A stretch of DNA of 63,351 bases, counting the filler, from Globobulimina sp. (lineage: Eukaryota): NCBI GenBank assembly GCA_003354225.1. It is 57 parts of 57 records of this genome, joined end to end, with 100 filler letters (N's around TTAATTAATTAA, not from the genome) between each part and the next. Parts side by side here need not be neighbours in the genome. Positions count along the whole stretch, not along the records: positions 24,506 to 25,518 come from PIVH01025795.1; positions 25,619 to 26,631 come from PIVH01025796.1; positions 26,732 to 27,744 come from PIVH01025797.1; positions 27,845 to 28,857 come from PIVH01025798.1; positions 28,958 to 29,970 come from PIVH01025799.1; positions 30,071 to 31,083 come from PIVH01025800.1; positions 31,184 to 32,196 come from PIVH01025801.1; positions 32,297 to 33,309 come from PIVH01025802.1; 49 more parts are not named here. One strand, given 5' to 3'. Position numbers and translations under genes: made by a program. The notes under the pieces were generated by a model, which was not told the origin of the DNA, made no database searches, and worked only from the letters and a program-made list of their open reading frames with translations. Shown piece after piece: positions 24,675 through 37,861 of this stretch. How positions within the stretch are numbered: position 1 is the first letter of the stretch; every line of letters starts with the position of its first letter.

Positions 24675-25334
24675 ATGATACCAATTTGCAATGCTAGTAA
24701 TATTTTACCAAACATTTGGAATTATGAAATCTCAGTGAATGGAAATGAAACAGTAAAATTCCCATATTCTTTTGAAGAAAACCTTTTGATTGAATCCAAA
24801 TTCAATGAAAATAATTTATCCAATAATGGTGGTGATATTACATTTGATTTAGATGGCGACGATAAGAAAAATCAAAGAAAAATTACATTTAAAAATAATA
24901 ATAAAATAAAATATCAAGAAACATTAGAAAATTGTAAATCAATTAAAAATAAAATTGAACGAATCCACAAATTGAAATCAACCATAATTCGAATTGATTT
25001 TGATCATAAAATAGGTTTTATTCAGACATCATTACCACAGATATCAAAAGAAATATTTTTTAAATTTTCAGATGTTAAGTTTGATTTAAATCTGTTACAA
25101 AATGGATTAAAAATTGAATATGAAATAGAACCGCACTCATTTTGTGCGATTAATATAAAAATGGATGGGATTAATCACAATCAGCATAATAATACATTAT
25201 CTCACTCACAATCATCACTGCGCTCTCATAAGAATAAAAATAATGGCTATTACCGTCCAATGAGCCATTCAAAAGTTAACAACAATATGTTTGTGTGCAA
25301 GGATCCGGTTTGCAACCACTTGTTTATCATATAA
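24675..25334 (+). CDS. Protein with WWE-like and cold-shock/OB-like segments, fragment
   Basis: WNYE...PYSFEENLLIESKF (WWE-like); GFI....EIFFKFSDV...IEYEI...AINI (CSD-like). Confidence 0.5.
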   Translation: MIPICNASNILPNIWNYEISVNGNETVKFPYSFEENLLIESKFNENNLSNNGGDITFDLDGDDKKNQRKITFKNNNKIKYQETLENCKSIKNKIERIHKLKSTIIRIDFDHKIGFIQTSLPQISKEIFFKFSDVKFDLNLLQNGLKIEYEIEPHSFCAINIKMDGINHNQHNNTLSHSQSSLRSHKNKNNGYYRPMSHSKVNNNMFVCKDPVCNHLFII

Positions 25335-26469
25335 CTACGCACCTTTTTGTCTTACATAACATAACAGACAATACCATATAATAAAAAACGACATTGCTAT
25401 CAACAGCAAAGGCCCAACAACCACAATAATAATAATCATAATGTGGAGAATTGGGATCATTATTACATGGATTTGCTATTTAAAGGAAGCATTCGTGGAT
25501 GGGATGCGGATGAATATGNNNNNNNNNNNNNNNNNNNNNNNNNNNNNNNNNNNNNNNNNNNNTTAATTAATTAANNNNNNNNNNNNNNNNNNNNNNNNNN
25601 NNNNNNNNNNNNNNNNNNTGTGTTTTTTTCTCTAATTGTTGTATACGGTCAGTGATTTTTTTTTTATATAGTTGTGTACTGTCTATGTTTTTTTTTTATA
25701 TATTTTTGTACATTCAGTGATTTTCTTTTTTTTATATTTGTACAGTGTGTTAATTTTTTTTCTTATGGCGGTTTAAATATTTTTTTATGGCCCTTTAATA
25801 CATTTTTATTATACGTTCAATACATTTTTACTATGCGCTGGACACATTTTTATTGTACAACATCCCTTCTTTTTGCCATGCTTTTATATATATAAACAAG
25901 CGTCCAAGCAAATTTATTCCGTATCAAATTAGATTGCCAACCTTCTCAAATCATACCAGATACAGTAATTAAATTCCTCTTCGATTCTTTGCAATGTTTG
26001 TTTGGCTTCAATAGATACAATGTCATCAATGTAGTGATGTAACGAGGATTTATTTGCGCCATATTGCTATCAGTATATCTTTTGAGTCAATTAATTTGTT
26101 TAATGATGCATTGCTTTCTTTTATTCCGTGTCAGATTTGTTTATACGCGGATTCCGTACGCTAAGAATCCAAACAAACCACTCATTCGATCACTGTCAGC
26201 TGTCTGAAAAAGAAAAAACATTTTTGTGCTAAAAGATGGTAACGGATCAACCATCCTCAACAACGAAGTGACAGAAATCAAAATTGAGTCTGTTTAAATG
26301 GCAGAAAAAATTAGGGCACGGTGTGACTGGCTCTGCATCAAATCGAATATAAATCGCAAGTCTGTTCCGGAAAACAGATTGAAAAATTAAAATGGCAATG
26401 GGGGCATCATAGGTTTGGTGGATATGTTTTTCGACGAATAATATTATTATTTGCTGCTATAAAAAGCAG

Positions 26470-26631
26470 ATTTCTCTCTGCTCGGTGCCATTGCTTATAT
26501 GCACAAAAAGAATCTGTGTCATCGCGACATCAAACCCGAGAACATAGTGTTCATTGCGAGCGACACCGATTCGCCGCGTTTGATTGACTTTGGCGATGCG
26601 GAGATGGCCAAAAAAGGGAAAGTGTACACAG
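26470..26631 (+). CDS. Ser/Thr protein kinase exon (CAMK/CDPK-like)
   Basis: AIAYMH...CHRDIKPEN...LIDFG. Confidence 0.85.
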
Positions 26632-26765
26632 NNNNNNNNNNNNNNNNNNNNNNNNNNNNNNNNNNNNNNNNNNNNTTAATTAATTAANNNNNNNNNNNNN
26701 NNNNNNNNNNNNNNNNNNNNNNNNNNNNNNNTGGGCCGTATTTATTATTAGATGCTCATCAGAAA

Positions 26766-27744
26766 ATGAATAAATGTCTGAACAATACACACACGCAAAC
26801 ATCGCAGGTTTGTATCCACGAAAAACAGTCTCAGGTATGTACCAGTAATCAATCTGTTTTTTTTGTGTCCATTTGTGTTTTTAATGCATTGTATGCGTTT
26901 TCTGCACATACAAAAAAGTGCGAAAAACCGGAAATATATTCACGGACAAAACAACTATGGTTCAACGAGATGGATTTTGCAAATGTATTGGAGAATATTG
27001 ATAGTTTAGTATTGTACAAAGAAGACGAATATTTGCATAATAGATGGAGGGAGAGGTTATGTGTTACACCGCAACAACAGACACAACACAGCTCGCAATC
27101 CTCGCAATCATTGTATCATTATTCCACGAATAGGAACCAATTGATATGTCAACAGAGTATCTATGACTTTATGGCATTCAATGCCGCGCAAACACACTTT
27201 ACGCAAGCAATAAATTATAGTTTATCTGCACCACAAACACACGTAACGCATATGGACGGATATGCCACGCCACCGATTATCCACTCTGCCAAAAATATCG
27301 AGCTAATGGAGCGAGATTCATTGGGCATACGGATAACACCAAGCTCACATAATAAGGATGTGACAGGTCCACACGCACAATATTCTGCTTTGGGTTCTAT
27401 GTTTGGTGAGCAATGGCATGATGATAGTAATCATAATATAATAGCTATGCCATTACCGGTACCGGTACCAGATACGAATGCGAACGTGGATACATTGATT
27501 GGTCAAACTATTGATGTTAATTTAGATTCATTGGATGCATTGATTGTAAATAGTGATAAAATGGAGATGGATTTAACACCAAATACATTGCAGAATGTAA
27601 TGACACCAACACCGGAGATTATTCTATCGGATGATAACTCATTAAATAACAATAGCGCACAGATACAATGTATACAAAATAATGAGAACGATATGGACAA
27701 TACATTGGAATCACCGGTAAGCAGTCGTAATATGAGAGAAATAC
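26766..27744 (+). CDS. Low-complexity, probably disordered protein, fragment
   Basis: Long open frame; true start may be downstream. Confidence 0.5.
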
Positions 27745-27844
27745 NNNNNNNNNNNNNNNNNNNNNNNNNNNNNNNNNNNNNNNNNNNNTTAATTAATTAA
27801 NNNNNNNNNNNNNNNNNNNNNNNNNNNNNNNNNNNNNNNNNNNN

Positions 27845-28026
27845 AATTCTTTTTGTTTTAATTCCGCTTGCTTTCGAATTTGTGTATATTTCTTTGTTAC
27901 TTCGATCAAATCTGCAAATATGGCTTGAACCAATGGCACACTCTCTCGAAGTAATGGTTGTGCATAATTCAATTCTGACAAAGCATTTTGTAGTGCTGTA
28001 AATTGATCAAAAGTAGAGGCGCTCAT
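27845..28026 (-). CDS. Unknown helical protein N-terminus, 3' partial
   Basis: ATG-initiated ORF running into the spacer. Confidence 0.5.
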
Positions 28027-28093
28027 CTTTACTAGTTCAAACTAGCTCAAATTTTCAATATTAACTCTGTTACTAAAATTAAAAAAGCGGATA

Positions 28094-28715
28094 ATGGACG
28101 ATTGTCTATCGACCATTTGGAACTTGGAGTATGTTCCTATCGCACACAACACTTAGAAACAGAGATCTTTCTTTGTTATTTTGCCATATATAGTAAAGAG
28201 AAACGAGAGTGTAATTTGAAAGTCATATTGCTAATATTGTCCAAAATCATAAATTATCCCAAAATCGAAAAGTACCGAGATATAAATATTCCAAAATTGT
28301 CAAAGAAATTGAATCCAAGTCAGTTATTCTTGGACCTTTTATGTTTTTGTGGATTCAAAGCAAACGATGATAAATCTCGATTGATATTAAATGCCAATAA
28401 AATAAAACATATTCAAAGTATTTATGACAAAATATCGACAGCACAACACTTAATGGAATGTGGTTTGCAATCTCAAAATGTTTTGTTTACGCTTTTATTG
28501 CATTATATGTATGACCATACAATCAAGCCATAACATCAATATTTAACAAAAAAAAGGATCAAATAAAAGTAAGTGACCACGACCAAAAAATAGGTACTTT
28601 GATATCAATGGGATTTGACAAAGAAGCATCAATCGCAGCTCTTCAAAGTACAGATTTCGAGATAAATGCTGCCGTACAACATCTTATAAACAATACAAAT
28701 CAGAAAACGTCACCA
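28094..28715 (+). CDS. PUB-domain plus UBA-domain protein; introns 28129-28193 and 28463-28527; 3' end uncertain
   Basis: KIINYP..EKYR.IN...L...GF (PUB); LISMGFD.E....AL......AA...L (UBA); both introns restore frame. Confidence 0.8.
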
Positions 28716-28957
28716 GTTCAGTTTATTTTTAGAATAAAGAATGTATTTTGTACAATATATATATATATGTCCATTACGAATTTGCCATTAAATAATATTA
28801 AATATTAAGGAAAAAATTGGTTTTGAAATAAACCACTCAGAAAAAACGATAACGATCNNNNNNNNNNNNNNNNNNNNNNNNNNNNNNNNNNNNNNNNNNN
28901 NTTAATTAATTAANNNNNNNNNNNNNNNNNNNNNNNNNNNNNNNNNNNNNNNNNNNN

Positions 28958-29844
28958 ATGGATAAAATAATGAGTGACTATACATCGTATGCTGCGTTTA
29001 TGTCCCATCTCGTATCTGAATGTATGTAGTTACCTAATTTGAAACTACCAATCTGATAAATTTCAGAATAAGTTACAAATACTTGTGAATATATTTAGTT
29101 TGTCCCGAAAATCTGTTGTTTTTGACAGAATTGATTGAGTGCAAAATTTTACATCAAAAACGAAAGAAAAATTTGGTGCAAATATTTGCCAACAAAGAAA
29201 ATGGCGAGAAACAAATTATTTTGGTTAATTTCAATAAAAATCCAATGGATTTGGATGTTACTTTCAGATCCGAGGAAGGCAGGAATTTTACGTACATATT
29301 TCATTCGGGCGGCTCTATCATGACCAAATTGTCGCTGTCGCCAAAGGTTCCAACACCTGTAATGATTAAAAAATATCCACATTCTTTGTATTGCCAAATG
29401 GCGACGTTATATGCAAAATATGTCAAAGTTGGCAGTCAATTTCAATTAAATATATCCGGTTTAGCGCGTACTAAATTGTCTAAAATATTTGAAGATGAAT
29501 ATCGCGAAAAGAGTTTGTTTAATGGCCGGCCCCGATTGATTCCGATCCCATTGGATGAGCTGTATGCGGATGGGATGCTGTATACTATTATGGATGAAGT
29601 GGTTATTGAGATTTTGCAGTTGTTACAGCATTCCTTTTCACGCTTTGTGTTAACAGAAGCATTTCAGTGCGTTAATGAGGGGAATAAGTTTATGGATAAT
29701 AATTATGCATTGTTTGCGGATAATGATATCGTGACCGACAGTAATATTGAAATGATCGAGTGTCCCGCACAGACCACTGACGAATTATTTGCTAAACGCT
29801 TAAATGATCCAGAAAGTGGCATATTAATTATAAAAAAAGTATAA
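28958..29844 (+). CDS. RGS-domain protein C-terminus, intron 29022-29098, 5' partial
   Basis: AFMSHLVSEF|CPENLLF, LY.KYV..GS..QLNIS, EI..LL..SF.RF. Confidence 0.8.
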
Positions 29845-30326
29845 ATAATTAATGAGTTTGTTATATAGAGTTTAAATATTAAACAATTAACAATTTTAGT
29901 TTTTTTATGTTGACCTGACTCCATCTCGTATTAACATGTTAGTTTGTTGTGTTTTCTTCTGTCTTTTGTGNNNNNNNNNNNNNNNNNNNNNNNNNNNNNN
30001 NNNNNNNNNNNNNNTTAATTAATTAANNNNNNNNNNNNNNNNNNNNNNNNNNNNNNNNNNNNNNNNNNNNTTAACTTAATTATGTTCCATGAGAAAACAA
30101 ACTATTTGATGAATGATATTGTCATATATGAATATTAATGCTCAATGCAGAGATTTTGGGTAACATACTAAGGTTGTAGCTGTTCATTTTCTGAATTATG
30201 ACACATTCGATTATGTTCATAATCGCTAAAAATAAATTGAAGTATAATTATAAACAAAAAGTAAAACCAAAGGAAAAAACAGTTTAAAAACTCAATAATA
30301 ATATTAATACTATACAACAAACAAAA

Positions 30327-31083
30327 ATGAATGAATTGGACCCAACTGTATGCTTTATTGGTGTTGGAACTGCGAATCTTATCTGGTCACAATTATTATG
30401 TGAACAAATTGTAGAAAATGGTGTGGGGGATGGATGTAATAATATTTACATGTTTGAAACATTAAATGATGCTTCATATTCTGCACAAAATTTTGATTTA
30501 TCTCATCTTGAAGCAAATCAAGAGCCACTGCAACAAGGAACAATGTTATATCCAGCTCAAGGTTTTAATTATTTTGATGGTGAAATTCAAACATATGGTA
30601 CATACAAACCAATGGATGATTTAATGAATAAATATGGTTTAGAATATCAAATCTGGGGTGACTTCAAATCATTCAATCAATACACAGACCAGATTCAATC
30701 AAACTGGGATCTTTATTTTTATGCATCTGTTACAGATCAAGTTTCATTCGTATCTGAAGTTATTACATTAATTACAATTCTTGAACAAATTCAATTTAAT
30801 ACTAATAATATGCAAGATATGTATAAAACAAATATTACAATAAAAGGTGAAACTTGGTTGGAATTTCAACAAAGAAATAACATTGAACAAATTGGTAAAT
30901 GCATATCCATGGTATTAGATTTTGGAGGTGGAATAGCACCAACACAAAATACACCTGCGATATTTGTGTTGAATATTATTGCAAATTATGACTTAGGTGC
31001 GTTAAATGTAATGGTAAGACAATTTGGATTAAATGTTGATAATGAAATTATTACTTCAGTAAATAGTACATTACTTAATATAA
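30327..31083 (+). CDS. Unknown protein with a possible degenerate FAD-binding N-terminus, 3' partial
   Basis: VCFIGVGTANL (GxG) and acidic residue ending the next strand (IYMFE). Confidence 0.45.
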
Positions 31084-31359
31084 NNNNNNNNNNNNNNNNN
31101 NNNNNNNNNNNNNNNNNNNNNNNNNNNTTAATTAATTAANNNNNNNNNNNNNNNNNNNNNNNNNNNNNNNNNNNNNNNNNNNNTTTGGGTTCCAATCCCA
31201 ATCATCACATTTTATTATTTTTTATTTGTGTTATTTGTGTTTCTGTTGTATATGTTTGTATACTTTGTAATTTTATATAAAAAAAACACATCAGTAATTC
31301 CACAAAAAATTATAACATGGAATTTCTGATGCATTAAAAAATGTGAAAATAGCAGATTT

Positions 31360-32196
31360 TTGCAGTTTAATTATGGCGATAAAACAGAAAATGAGATGAA
31401 TTATATTGAACTTGCTCGGATGAGAAATAATTTAAATAATGACAACAGAGCGGAATCGCAGTATGAAATTGAACATCCATTAGATAAAAACAGTATAATC
31501 ACAAGAAGAGGAAAGGCAATGTTTGATGATATAGCGCCGTTTAACCATTATATTGTCCCAATTGATCATTTTGAATTAATTGAAAATATCAATATATCAC
31601 AAAATATTGAAGAAAATGAAAATAGTCAATCAGTCGACACAGAAAGAGTCAGAGTGATATCTGTTAATGTTCAATCCATTAAGAATGAGGAGACAAGAAT
31701 AAAAAAGCAAAAATTATTAATAAATCAATTGAAATATGAAATGAAGGATGGAAATAAAATTACAATTATTCATATATCGGAGACTTGGATTGACTCTAAA
31801 CAGCATTTAATCAATTTATTTGAAGAAATTGATATGAAATTATTCGATTGGATACCATCTATAATAAAAAACACAGGATCTGCTGCGGGATCAGCTGTGT
31901 ATATTCATAAAGATGTGTATCATCAATATTTGTTATTAAAAAAGACAGAGATATTTATGTATATTTACAATAAAATAATTGATCAACGGTTCATATTCGC
32001 ATATTTATATAATCCATACCCAATATATTTGGATCAAATCAATGAAAATATACAATTATTACAGCAAATATTATCAATTAACGACAATGTGTCGATGTAC
32101 GGCGATTGGAACATTGATAAGAAAAATAATAATATAAATTATAGATTAATCAATGCGTTAATGATCCAATTCAATTTAATTAATTTAAATGATCAA
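31360..32196 (+). mobile_element. APE/EEP endonuclease domain (non-LTR retrotransposon or Helentron), fragment
   Basis: ISVNVQSI, ISETW, GSAVYI, YNP, GDWN. Confidence 0.75.
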
Positions 32197-32296
32197 NNNN
32201 NNNNNNNNNNNNNNNNNNNNNNNNNNNNNNNNNNNNNNNNTTAATTAATTAANNNNNNNNNNNNNNNNNNNNNNNNNNNNNNNNNNNNNNNNNNNN

Positions 32297-33215
32297 GCTG
32301 CTTTCACCTGTTCAACCTCAAACTTTTCATTTGCAACGAAATCAACAGATTCTAATGTATCAATATATCCATCCAAAATGTCTAATTGTTGGCCACTCCA
32401 AATATAAAAATACAGCAACACCTCATTACAACCAACAACACCACATAAACTTTACACAAATGTACATGTGATTGATATGTGGTTAATTGCTGATATATCC
32501 ATAACAAAGCAAGAAAAATTGCGATCAATCACAAATCAATCACAATGTGGCAGTTCTACCTTAAAAATATTGTTACTATGACACGCGATGGATAATATAT
32601 TGTATAGTTATCTTTCTGTGGAGGAATGGCTGGATACACAAAGTCCCGCAGCAAAAATAAATATCCATGATAAATATTTCGTTTTTGAAGAATAGTTTGA
32701 TTGTCTTCAAATTCATCCGTATCACTTGGGTTTGTTATAATATCTTCGTATTGCTCTGCAATCTCTTGCGAATAAGTAATGTATGAAGATTTTGTTAATA
32801 ACATATAGATGTAACAGAATGTGGCAACAATGGACGCAAAAACTGATGCAAGTAAACAAATAAAATAAAACCATGCAATATTTGAGAATTGAATAAGAAC
32901 ATAAGATGCGTATACTTCATATCCAAACAATGATAAACACCAAATAATGGATATTATGGTTGATAATGGTTCAGTTTTATTGAATGAATTATTACCAATT
33001 TGTAATGGAACTAAAATAAAGAAACATACAATTGATGGTAAGATAAACCAAGCAGACATATAAATGAATGGTGCATAATTATAATGCACATCAAGTTGAC
33101 TTTGAATAATATACATGCAATGAAATAATGGTCCCAGCATTGCTATTAATACTGCTATGTTCACTAACCTGCTCGCTACAGAGTCCGCAATGTAATCTAG
33201 AAAGAAAAGAGCCAT
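32297..33215 (-). CDS. Multi-pass membrane protein, spliced, 3' partial
   Basis: At least 4 TM segments; probable donor near 32559. Confidence 0.55.
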
Positions 33216-33409
33216 TCTTTACTAGACTTATTTATCTTCAAAACTTTGTAGTTCAAAAGCTTTAAAAATCCGAAGTGAGAATGGCCAGTAAAAAAAGATG
33301 CAACGTTGTNNNNNNNNNNNNNNNNNNNNNNNNNNNNNNNNNNNNNNNNNNNNTTAATTAATTAANNNNNNNNNNNNNNNNNNNNNNNNNNNNNNNNNNN
33401 NNNNNNNNN

Positions 33410-34422
33410 GAAACATTGCACAGTTGAACAGTCGCAATCGAATATTATTTAATTGGCGTATCCTAACTTTGTAGCACATTTTTGTTCTTTTAAGGTTTTA
33501 TCTTTATACTCTAAATATAATCCAATTTTATCCAAATGATTATATTTTAAAATGGCCAATGGGTCATTTTCATCATAATTTTTGGGTAAACCATCAAATT
33601 GCAAAACATAATACCAATCCGCATTATTAGTAAAGCGACCAACTTGTCCTTCCATTTGGCCCCAGATTGAGGTGGCTTGCGCCCAATTTCCGGCATCGAT
33701 GGCTTTTTGACAAGTATTCGCTGTGGCATCTAATTGTTGTAATTGGTCATCATCAATCAATGTGAATGCATCAACATACGCTGGCCACGTATTTACATAA
33801 TCAATAGGGGCTATCCATGAATCTCCTAATTGAACACCTTTAAAATTCATTGTAATGCCACCATTTGCTATTGCATCGTATAGTACATTGCCAAAATTTG
33901 CTGTCATTTTTCCTCCATACTTTCATACATTATTTTATTATATTTTATGTTTTTATATTTACGGATTTTAAAAGCAAAATGGTTTGAGCGAATTTGCGAA
34001 CGATAGATTATAAAACATACACTTTCACAAAATATCCAATACGGCAACGTTTGCATAAAATCATATTTCCGTACTAATTGTTTATGTAATTCAAGTAAAT
34101 CAGCACTAATTTGCGAAACATCGGTTGTATATAAATTTGAATTATCAACGTAGCTGTAACCAGCACCAACGGGATTATCTATGAATAGTAAATTGACTTT
34201 GTTGGTCCATGATGAATTTCTAGGGTTTAAATATGGATCAAGTGGTCCAACTTCACCAAAATTGCCAAATCCTGAGCTTCCGGCACCTGGTCCGCCCTGC
34301 AACCATGTTACTAAAGGAAGATCCTCACGTTGTGAATCTGGATTTGTAGCCCCGTAAAACCAGTAAAACATGTGGGCACCCGAACGAACGTCGATATATC
34401 CAAATTCTTGATCTGGTATAGC
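33410..34422 (-). CDS. Serine carboxypeptidase S10 (SCPEP1/RISC-like), intron 33920-34020, fragment
   Basis: AHMFYWFY, WLQGGPG, LLFIDNPVGAGYSY, IFCES|YGGKM nucleophile motif, LGDSWI.P. Confidence 0.95.
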
Positions 34423-34522
34423 NNNNNNNNNNNNNNNNNNNNNNNNNNNNNNNNNNNNNNNNNNNNTTAATTAATTAANNNNNNNNNNNNNNNNNNNNNN
34501 NNNNNNNNNNNNNNNNNNNNNN

Positions 34523-35443
34523 ACTCCCAACCCGATTTTTTTCAGTTTCAACGGGTTGCCGCTCCATCGCCAACGTACCGAACCTCACCGAATGTACACT
34601 CTCATTCCCCTTCAAAAACACACTCCATCCGTCACCATCACCGCCTTCCCCCTCTTCGCCACCATCGCCACCATCGCCATCGTTGCCACCCACACTCGTT
34701 CGATCCACATAATATCTCTGTGTATGAACTTTAGCCCGTTCACCAAACCTAAAACGGTCAGAAAGCTCACTATAATCCGGCCGCTTACTCGCAAGCCGAT
34801 TAACCTCCGATATCACCATCTTCTTATCATTGTGCTTCGGGAACGCCACCATTTCAAACACCGGTTCGCTGATTTCCTTCTCGCGCATCGTCTCATTGCA
34901 CACCAACTTCCCGTCCACAGCCTCCTCATTCTCCACATCGACGCGGATCACACTCTTACTGCCGACGCCAAACACACTCTCTTCAATGCCCTGAGTGCCA
35001 CCGACGATCTTCGACTTATCCCCGACGTCCAATATCATACGTTTCATCCGCTTCGCATTGCGCGTATTCTCCGCCATCGCGGCGCCAAACTTGCGTTTAC
35101 CCAAAATCGTCTGCGCCATAGCAACTTGGTCCTGTTTCGCCTTCTTTTCCTTCGCCAAATATTTTGCGAGTCCTCGAGCGCGGATCGGGTCATCCTGGCG
35201 ATTGACCAATGGGTGGATGCGATACGCGGCGGCCTCGATTTTGTCCACAGATCTTTCCAAATCGTCCAACTCCGAGAAGGATTTGGCTTGAACTGCCGTA
35301 TCGGTCAAGGCACGGATATCCGCTCTACGTTTGTCCTCCGCCGTTTTCATGAATTTCATGTTCCAAATTCCCTTCGTTTGTGCGTCCGAAATATATTTAT
35401 CTTTCTGTTTTTTTGCGGATTCTGCCTCAGTTTCAAACGCTAT
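34523..35443 (-). CDS. Unknown charged protein on a GC-richer contig, fragment
   Basis: Long open frame after a probable acceptor (..TTATATAG); the minus strand has protein-like composition. Confidence 0.55.
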
Positions 35444-35635
35444 ATAACCAAAAAAATAAAATATTATAAATCCGGACCAGTCCGAAAAAAAAACATATTG
35501 TTTCAAAGTAGCATTTTTTTACAATCAGTGCATGCNNNNNNNNNNNNNNNNNNNNNNNNNNNNNNNNNNNNNNNNNNNNTTAATTAATTAANNNNNNNNN
35601 NNNNNNNNNNNNNNNNNNNNNNNNNNNNNNNNNNN

Positions 35636-35863
35636 TGATTTTGTGTGTTGAGTTATGGACGCAGAGGTTGGAGGAGAATGAGAGTGTGAATGTGAATGTG
35701 AGTGGGATGTATGACTCGGACGGGTTGTATTTAAGATGAGTGGAGGAATGAACAGCTGGTTGTTAGAGTGTATGCGAAATGATTGGATGTGTTTGAATTT
35801 GCAAAGAGGTGTTGCATTAATGCGAGATTGTTTGTGTAACAGACGAAGGGTTGAAGACAGCAT
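35636..35863 (-). CDS. N-terminus of a probable mitochondrion-targeted protein
   Basis: MLSSTLRLLHKQSR: R/S/L-rich and free of acidic residues; (HS)n tract. Confidence 0.55.
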
Positions 35864-35995
35864 TCTTTTTTTGAGTTAGTTTTTTTAAAAAAAACTTCAC
35901 TTGCTTTTTATTTTATTTTACAATTTTAAATTCTATTTTTAGTGTAGTCTGATTATGCATTCGATCTATTTTTATTTAACTTAGTTTTGCAAGGA

Positions 35996-36121
35996 TTAAG
36001 TGATCGAATCGGGTAATATTCGCTCACCGTTGTCATCGTATTCGATGAACTCTTCTTTCACGTATTTGATGACTCGATGGTATTTTTCCAATAACCAACG
36101 AAAGAAACTTGGTACGCCCAT
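35996..36121 (-). pseudogene. Truncated XRN-family (XRN2/Rat1-like) N-terminus, 41 codons
   Basis: MGVPSFFRWLLEKY...NGERILPDSIT then TAA; not in the ORF track. Confidence 0.75.
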
Positions 36122-36316
36122 TCTTTTACTTGTATTTCTTGAGTGTTGTTGACAGTTTTTTTAACAGTTTTTTCAATTCTACACCTTAACCATTCTTACT
36201 CCATTACTCCTCAAACCTACTCAACTACTCCGCAAACCTAAACCATTAAAATAAACCACAAACTATCGCATATCACAGACATCCGACATCCAATTCCAAT
36301 ACAAATACTTACAACC

Positions 36317-36648
36317 ATGGAACCAATGTATATTGCATGTTCCATTTTATTTTTAATGTGCACCGTCGTCGCACAGCCACCATCAAATGATAATGCATGC
36401 AATGCGACACTTATTCATATTGGTGATTCTGTCGTAGCCGATTTAACCAACGAAGCTACCAAACAGACCGGCGAAATGTCTCCCGGTCGTGATGCATATA
36501 ATGGATTAGGCCAAGATGGATGGTTCTTGGACATTGATGTTCAAAATTCCATCTGGTACAAAGTAACCGCATTTGAATTGGAATTAGAAATGGTCGAATA
36601 TTCAGGTGTTTGTATCAATACACAATTAGCTGTATATACTGTCACCGA
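36317..36648 (+). CDS. Secreted protein N-terminus, 3' partial
   Basis: Signal peptide, then QPPSNDNACNA, SIWY and NTQLAVY (beta-rich extracellular-type motifs). Confidence 0.7.
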
Positions 36649-36749
36649 NNNNNNNNNNNNNNNNNNNNNNNNNNNNNNNNNNNNNNNNNNNNTTAATTAA
36701 TTAANNNNNNNNNNNNNNNNNNNNNNNNNNNNNNNNNNNNNNNNNNNNA

Positions 36750-37761
36750 ATGGAAAACGATGAAGAGCTTAAAGCAGAACTGGATTGTATAGCGTCTATT
36801 TATGAGCACGACGTTGACATAATCCGCCACAATAATGATCTTCAAATTCGTTGTAATGTACTGTTCACAAACGCATGTTATGAAATTATTGTATGTTTTG
36901 CTATTAATTCGGAAAAATCATTTAAAATTTCAATTAAAAATGCTGCAAAATCAAACATGAAATTACAAAATAATATTATCAGCAAAATCAAATCAAAATT
37001 GACCAATGTATATGAAGATGAATTAAATAATATGCCAATATTTCAATGCATTTCATATATTTACACACAAATGATTGATGATGAACATTTATTAGTTGAT
37101 CAAAATAAAAAAACGTTAAAAAACAAAAAAAAGACTACTAAGCCATGGTGGTTATCTACAGGAAGTAGAATAGAGTATAAACACAAAAACAAAAACTGGA
37201 AAAACGGAGCAATTGCAAGAATATCAAACCACAGCAAAATTAATTTAATTACTATAAAATTTTGGAAAAGTCTTAGTGCTCAAAAATGCATTGAATTGAC
37301 AGAGGAAAATTTATTAGAATTGATTGAGAAACGTATGATTAAACAATCAAATATTGTCTATCCTTTATGGATTCACACACATTCTCCAATATGGATATTG
37401 ACAAATTGTTCATGGAGATCTGGCAAAATTATTCATTATATCGATGGTAAACATATTATGATTAAATATAACGATGCTGTTCATAATAATAACAATACAC
37501 TCATGTTTGATAAAACTGCACTAATATTTGTCAAACCAAATTGGTTACATATATATGCAACTAATACATATATTATTGAACCTTTTTCAATTTATTGGAA
37601 TGTCTACACTTCAAAGTATTTAACAAATATTTATACGACAAATGTTATTTATAACAGTTATTACAACATAATCTATAATATATTGTATGATATACCAGTT
37701 CAAATATGTACGGTTATTATTGACTTTTTAGGTTTTGAAGCAATTAATATGTCGCCGGCAC
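36750..37761 (+). CDS. RWD-domain protein with Tudor/SH3-like segments, partial
   Basis: EEL.AELDCIASIYE and MPIFQCI (RWD); W..G.I repeats. Confidence 0.6.
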
Positions 37762-37861
37762 NNNNNNNNNNNNNNNNNNNNNNNNNNNNNNNNNNNNNNN
37801 NNNNNTTAATTAATTAANNNNNNNNNNNNNNNNNNNNNNNNNNNNNNNNNNNNNNNNNNNN

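Noticed and set aside
25619..25900. T-rich ORF and degenerate repeats
   Set aside because: Low-complexity non-coding DNA with no convincing structure
34556..35587. 343-aa plus-strand ORF
   Set aside because: H/R/L-rich antisense shadow of the minus-strand ORF
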